Positions 58,950-64,000 of a stretch of 64,000 nt of DNA are shown piece after piece. Each line of letters opens with the position of its first letter. Within the stretch, counting starts at the first letter, position 1. Source of the DNA: a virus (taxonomy: Duplodnaviria > Caudoviricetes). The notes under the pieces are model-generated. The model saw nothing but the letters and a program-made list of their open reading frames with translations, was not told the origin of the DNA and did no database searches. The stretch is taken from positions 118,834 through 182,833 of the IMG/VR virus record IMGVR_UViG_3300020049_016424; one strand, written 5' to 3'. The translations under genes and the position numbers were made by a program.

Positions 58950-59294
58950 TCAATCTCCCGAGGCTATTGCAACAACACGCACCTCTGTTTCCTTTTTGAG
59001 TTTCGTTGCTCCGGGGCATTGGCGATGTTCCTGCACCGGTGTGACGCTCATCTCCGGGCCGTAGGCGGTGGTGTGACACACGAAGTCCCCGGACCCGAAG
59101 AGCACATCGAGATGCATACTCTCTCGCGCAGACTCGACGATCTCGCTGTCGGGATCGACGTCGGGGAGGTGGTTCTTGCGTCGCAAGGCGTTGACGACGC
59201 CTGCGAACGCCTTGTCGTTGTCGTCGAGGAAGGGGCAGGACGCGCATTGCCCGCCCTCACGTTCACGGCGACGAGGCAGCCACCCAGCGCTCAC
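58950..59294 (-). CDS. Cys/His Zn-binding protein
   Basis: CASCPF...FVCHTT...QCPGA. Confidence 0.55.
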   Translation of the reverse strand: MSAGWLPRRREREGGQCASCPFLDDNDKAFAGVVNALRRKNHLPDVDPDSEIVESARESMHLDVLFGSGDFVCHTTAYGPEMSVTPVQEHRQCPGATKLKKETEVRVVAIASGD

Positions 59295-60064
59295 GCGCCC
59301 CTCTTCTTCTTCTTCACGGGACGCTTGAACGCCTGGAAGACCGTGTGTTCCTTCGCGAGCGCCTTCTGGTTGTCGCGCAGGCGGCATAGCTTGTCGAGAG
59401 TGTTTTCGATCTCGCGGGTGACCGACGTCTCGAGCGTGGCCTGCCCCGAGCTGAGCTCGTTCGTCACAAGCCGCTCGAGAGCCCTCTCGGCGGAAGCCTC
59501 GTAGGTGAAGCGGTTGAACAGCGTCGCGCGGTACCGCGTATCGGCCCCGGCTACTGGGATGCGCAACGATAACGGCGAAGACGTCCAGGGCAGTGTGGCC
59601 GAGAACAGGTGCGTGTCGGTGTCGGGCCGTGTGAACTCGAGCGTGTGCCCGAACACCGTGATCTTGGCCTTGAGGGCTTTCGTCCCTCGCGGCAGCGTCA
59701 TCTTGTGCTTCTTCTTTTCTCTCACATCGTCCTCACTTCATCGCCTGCATCCAGGCTTCATGGTTGGCTTCCGGCGCGGCTTCCGCGTGCGCCTTCACGA
59801 ACCCGCGCTCGACTGAGATCACGGGCCCTTTCACGTGCGTCTCGAGGCGCTTGGCGTAGAGACGCCAAGTCGCCGCGAGCTGCTCGGCTTTCTTCGCGCG
59901 GCGCTCTGCGGCGTCCATCCGCGCCGTGAGACCGTTGCGCACCTGCGTGTACTTCTTCTGCCACTCGCGCAGCTTCTCTACCTCCTTGGTGAGGCGCTGT
60001 TTGTCATCGACCAAGGCCTTCGCCTGGTCGACGATGCTCCCTGTCGTGCACTTCTTCTTGGACA

Positions 60065-61051
60065 TCACTCGGCCGTGCGCGGTGCGTTGGCGAACTCCCG
60101 AAGCCGCGCCAGGAGGGTTCGCGGCATCCACACGTACGCGTGCGTGGAGGACGTCGACGGGTCCGCAGGCGTGACGTCGGCGGCTTCTTCGGGCGTCAGC
60201 TCGAACGCCGGCGTGGTGGCGGGCTCTGCGATTGCGTGGATGTCGCGGAGCGCTTCGAGCTTACGAAGTGCCGTGAGCAGCTCGTCCCGCTCCTCTACGG
60301 GGAGCCCGGCGTCCTCGACGCAGCCGTGAAGCCTTCCGAGAGCGTTGCAATGCGGCACGTGCGCGAGGATGGAGGCCCGCATCGCCTCCCGCATCAGCAG
60401 GGCCTGCATTCGCGCCTCGACCGCGCGCTGGGCGCGCTCCCCGCGCTTCTTGAGCTGCCGCTCGAGCTCCGCGATGCGCGCCTCCGCCCCCGCCTCTGCA
60501 TGCCCGGGTGTCGGGGCAGCCGTGTGCTTCTCCGTTGCGAGCTCGGCCTCCGCCGTGAGCAACGTCTGGATGCGCGCCTGCGCCCACGTCATCGAGGCCG
60601 CGTAGACTTCGCTCCGCCAGCGCTCGGAGCTCCCGCCGTCGAGGGCCACGATGAGCTCTCCGACGTGGTGATAGAGGCTCCGGTACTCCGCGCGCACCGC
60701 GTCTCGTTGGCGTGCCACGTTCCGCATGTAGTTGTCGCGGCCGATCTGCACCTCCGTGAGGTCCTCCGTGAGTTGTTTGACGAGCCGATCGCGCATGATG
60801 CGCAGACTTCGCTCCGCCGCGAGGTCGGTGGTGAGCGCCTCGATAGTCGCGCGGTCGACCGGGGACACGGGAGTTGTCGGCTGCACGGACAGGCCCACGA
60901 GAGCCGCGTCGCAGAGCGCGAGGAGGGTGTCGGGGTGCACGGCCTGTCCGACGGGGGCGCGGGGGCCATCGGCCTTCTTCTGGGCCACGAACTGTTCTAC
61001 GGTGTCGCGGAAGAACCTGAGAGATTCGAGATCGAGGGCTTCGTAGGTCAT
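60065..61051 (-). CDS. Coiled-coil hypothetical protein
   Basis: 328 aa; AGAAAG RBS. Confidence 0.6.
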   Translation of the reverse strand: MTYEALDLESLRFFRDTVEQFVAQKKADGPRAPVGQAVHPDTLLALCDAALVGLSVQPTTPVSPVDRATIEALTTDLAAERSLRIMRDRLVKQLTEDLTEVQIGRDNYMRNVARQRDAVRAEYRSLYHHVGELIVALDGGSSERWRSEVYAASMTWAQARIQTLLTAEAELATEKHTAAPTPGHAEAGAEARIAELERQLKKRGERAQRAVEARMQALLMREAMRASILAHVPHCNALGRLHGCVEDAGLPVEERDELLTALRKLEALRDIHAIAEPATTPAFELTPEEAADVTPADPSTSSTHAYVWMPRTLLARLREFANAPRTAE

Positions 61052-61415
61052 GGTCTTTCTTTCTGAGTAGGAGGCAGGGTGGCGTAGTGCGCACGTACGA
61101 TCGCCGCGTACGTGTGCGCGTCTTCGATGTCAGCACGGCCGCGCGCGGCTTCAAGCAGGGCCCGTACCTGTTTACCGAACGCGGCGTCTGACTCGAGTCT
61201 GGCGAGGTGCCCTGCCCGGGATACTTCTCGTTCGTAGGCATCGGCAGCGTCGACGACCTCTCTGCACGAACAGGGACGGTTGGGCAGACATCCTTCGCAG
61301 CCTTGAGCCAGTACATTCGCGCGGCACCAGGCGATGTACGCGGGATCTTGCGTAGGGCGCGCTTGCGTTGCCTGCGCAAGCGCGCGGCGATTGAGCTCGT
61401 TGATGCGATCTGACG

Positions 61416-61619
61416 TCATGGCGGGGCAGGCTTCTTTCTCGTAGGCGTCCTGCGGTTCCAGCTGGCGCAGGACCCCGCATGGTTTTCGTCCTCGGACGTT
61501 CGGGGAACCACGCCGCAGTACGAGATAGCCGAGCATCCCACGCTTACGTAGGGGCCGTTGACATAGACGCGCGCTTTGGCGCCACAGAAGGGGCACGGTT
61601 TGAGTTTCGGTGGCTTCAT
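61416..61619 (-). CDS. Lar-family restriction-alleviation-like Zn protein
   Basis: LKPCPFCG...VGC....CG...SWNRR. Confidence 0.65.
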   Translation of the reverse strand: MKPPKLKPCPFCGAKARVYVNGPYVSVGCSAISYCGVVPRTSEDENHAGSCASWNRRTPTRKKPAPP

Positions 61620-62010
61620 GTCCCGCCTCGTCGTATGTTCTTGTCTCGCTGTTCTTCGTCGTCTTCGTCATCGTTCAACGCACAGGTCGCGATGGCATTG
61701 TCCCTCGAGAGTGCCCAAACGTCCTCTGCCGACAGGCGCACGCCTGTGCCGTTGCGTGCAGCACGCATGATGCGCTGATGTGGTGTCAGCGGTTGCTGGC
61801 GTCTTTTCAAGGCTCTTCGCCTTCCGCGTCCTCGGGGGACTTCCAGGTATTAAGGATAGCGTCAGCTGCGGCTCTGGCCGCCTTGGGCAGGGCTTCGTAG
61901 CCTCGCTGTGACTCGAGAAGGTGCGCACTGAACCCGGCGGGCGAGGTCTCATCGAAAGAGACTGGCGGGGTCTGTTGTTTTGTGTCTGTTGGCATCGCCG
62001 CCCTCAGCTC

Positions 62011-62232
62011 TCACACCTCCTCGATCAGCGCGCGAATCAGCGGCGGGGCGGCGGCGATCAGATCGCGATCGCATGTCGAACCATCAACGGCCGAATCGAT
62101 CGTGCCTTCGCAGACCACGACGCTTCCGCCGCCGCCCCAGATCGTCGACAGGTCGTCATCGTCTACGACCCACGGCCCCGGCGTCGCCTCATCCAGCATC
62201 AGCTCGGCGGCTTCAAGGTCTACTCGGGTCAT
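62011..62232 (-). CDS. Ead/Ea22-like protein
   Basis: EATPGPW...DRDLIAAAPPLIRALIEEV. Confidence 0.65.
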   Translation of the reverse strand: MTRVDLEAAELMLDEATPGPWVVDDDDLSTIWGGGGSVVVCEGTIDSAVDGSTCDRDLIAAAPPLIRALIEEV

Positions 62233-62582
62233 CGCGCTGCCTCCGATTTCATCCACTCGCCGAACGTCAGGTTCGAGTCCGCTTCCAGGTATCGCCGGTA
62301 GCGTTCCTTCGATCGTGTGACCTTCGGACGCCCGGGACTGTTCGCGCGGACCGCATCGCGACCACGATCGGTCACGACGAATGTGGAATACTCCTGCCAC
62401 GACGCATGCGGCTGGTGCTCGACCATGAACCCGGCGTCGACGAGTTCGCGACAGAGGGCGTAGTGATCGCAGCCCGGTCCGCTGGCGAAGTGGTTCCGAT
62501 AGCCATCGCGCGCGCCGTTGTAGATCCCGTAGCGATCGAGGCCGAGCGAGTGCTGCAAGATGTCGAGTAGATCCGGTTTCAT
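62229..62582 (-). CDS. Conserved phage protein
   Basis: ILQHSLGLD...YRNHFA...LVDAGFM...VTDRG. Confidence 0.6.
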   Translation of the reverse strand: MKPDLLDILQHSLGLDRYGIYNGARDGYRNHFASGPGCDHYALCRELVDAGFMVEHQPHASWQEYSTFVVTDRGRDAVRANSPGRPKVTRSKERYRRYLEADSNLTFGEWMKSEAAR

Positions 62583-64000
62583 CGCCCCTCCAATCCGTGC
62601 CGTCGCGCGATGCTCCGCGGGATCCGAATCCCGCCCGCGCTCGCTTCGTTGATGATTTCGTATCCGTCGAACACGGCCCGCTTCACGATGCACGCATCGA
62701 ACGCGCACCCCGCCGCGTGGACGAGATCGCGACGCTTCATGCGACGTTCGCGGGCCAGTTTGCGGATGACGTTTCGTCGCTCGCTCATCGCACCCTCCCG
62801 CATCCGAGACAGCGCGTGTACGGCTTCGGATCTTGGTAGTCGTACTCGTCGCGCTCTTCATCGTGGAGACATCGCCCGGACAGCTCACGAATCGTCTTTT
62901 CGTGCTTCGCGATCTTCGACCGCAGACGATCGCGCTCGGCGCGCACCTCGGCGCACGAAAGCTTCGTGTCGCTCATCTCCCCCTCCCATGCTCGCGCAGT
63001 GCCTTCACGATCGGCGCGAGCTCGAGGACCGACTCCTGATGCTCGGCGAGCTGCTCTCGGAGTCGATCGATGTCGCGGAGCATCACGGTGATGCGGCTCG
63101 CGGCCCATCCAGGCTCGCGCAGGCACATCACCGCGAGGTCGCATTGGCGTCCTTCGCTGTCGGTGTAGACGTCGGTCATCGATTCGCCTCCATCGCCTCA
63201 ATCTCGTCATCGACGAGATCCCAACAGATCGAGTAGTCGTCTCGCGTGCGGGCCTTTGCGCGGGCGATCTGGACGCCCTCTCGGATGCCGCGCATGCGCG
63301 CGTCGGCAACGAGCCGGCATTCGCGCGAGCCGCGCGGCCAACACACGCCGGGATCGTCGGGAGGCAGGTGCCCGCCCATACCGCCATGGGATTGCCACGC
63401 GGGCCGTCCGCATTGTGGACATCGGGTCATCGCTGCACCTCGTCGACGATGACCACGCCGGATTCGCGAAGTTGCGCGTCGCACGCGGCCTGCGCCTCCT
63501 CGCGCGTGCTCCAGTCGATCGGCAGCGCGTCGCCGCGCTCGTCAACATCTGGGGGCGAGACGACGGTGTCTCCGACCACCGCGGTCCATCGTGGGCGTCC
63601 GCGCTTGCCTTGACCGACGCGACGCACCGACGCGATTACGTCGCGGTACCCGTCGCGCACGATCTTCGTCGGCTCGCCGTCGCGCATGTCCACGATGCGC
63701 CACGGCTCGGCGAGCGTCGGCAGATGCGCTAGGAGCGTCCGCGTGAACCACGGCGAGCACTGCGCGAGCTCGGTCGAGAGTACGACGTCTGCTGGTACCC
63801 CGGATGCCGCTTCCTCGTGGACGCGATCGTGTAGTGCGCGCTCGAGTTCGTGGATCGCGCGTCGTACGTAGCCGGCGAGGTTAGCCACGGAATTCCCCCG
63901 CGTGATCCCAACGTTGTGTCCTCCGGATGCATTGCGACCGAAGACGTGGATGCTCTTCTCGGCTGGATCACGCTCGCTCATCGCTTCGGCTCCTTGCAAT

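Larger units (their letters stand above)
56300..64000 (-). other. Dense run of further small, stop/start-overlapping early hypothetical genes
   Basis: A continuous chain of 55-190 aa ORFs with frequent (A/G)TGA overlaps, typical of phage host-takeover regions. Confidence 0.55.

Noticed and set aside
1-64000. Genome-wide stop-codon reassignment, suggested by the phage RF
   Set aside because: Long genes are intact under code 11, and TGA, TAG and TAA all end genes at sensible boundaries with start overlaps or terminators.
1-64000. tRNA/rRNA genes and phage nucleus or tubulin genes
   Set aside because: No cloverleaf, rRNA or tubulin signature was recognised by eye. tRNAscan/Infernal and HMM searches would be needed to exclude them.

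Overview
This is a 64-kb slice of a high-GC, jumbo-type tailed phage (myovirus) genome. No cellular housekeeping operons, rRNA, tRNA or CRISPR array were seen. From 1 to ~38.8 kb (+ strand) lie an SF2/SNF2 helicase, a doubled HNH-like endonuclease, a release-factor homolog, the C-terminal half of a split RNA polymerase beta' subunit, a head module (intein-containing prohead protease, scaffold/internal proteins, major capsid protein), and neck, tail sheath, tube and baseplate spike genes. From ~38.8 to 64 kb (mostly - strand) lie small early/accessory genes, a likely replication origin next to a DUF927 helicase and a RepB'-type primase, an amidase endolysin, and a tandem array of 14-15 paralogous 'MKHxFxxxW' genes. 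The most interesting signals are: (1) the translationally coupled, hypervariable MKH..W paralog array with decaying members; (2) an RF1-like phage release factor that needs a prfB-type CTT-TGA-C +1 frameshift at a non-canonical position; (3) a head-protein grammar of K-x-A putative cleavage sites, a shared G-x3-AL-x2-[FYL]G motif and glycine-zipper/enzyme cargo; (4) two promoter classes, leaderless TAnnnT-N6-ATG and GGTAAAAG. All functional calls come from motif recognition by eye, with no database searches.
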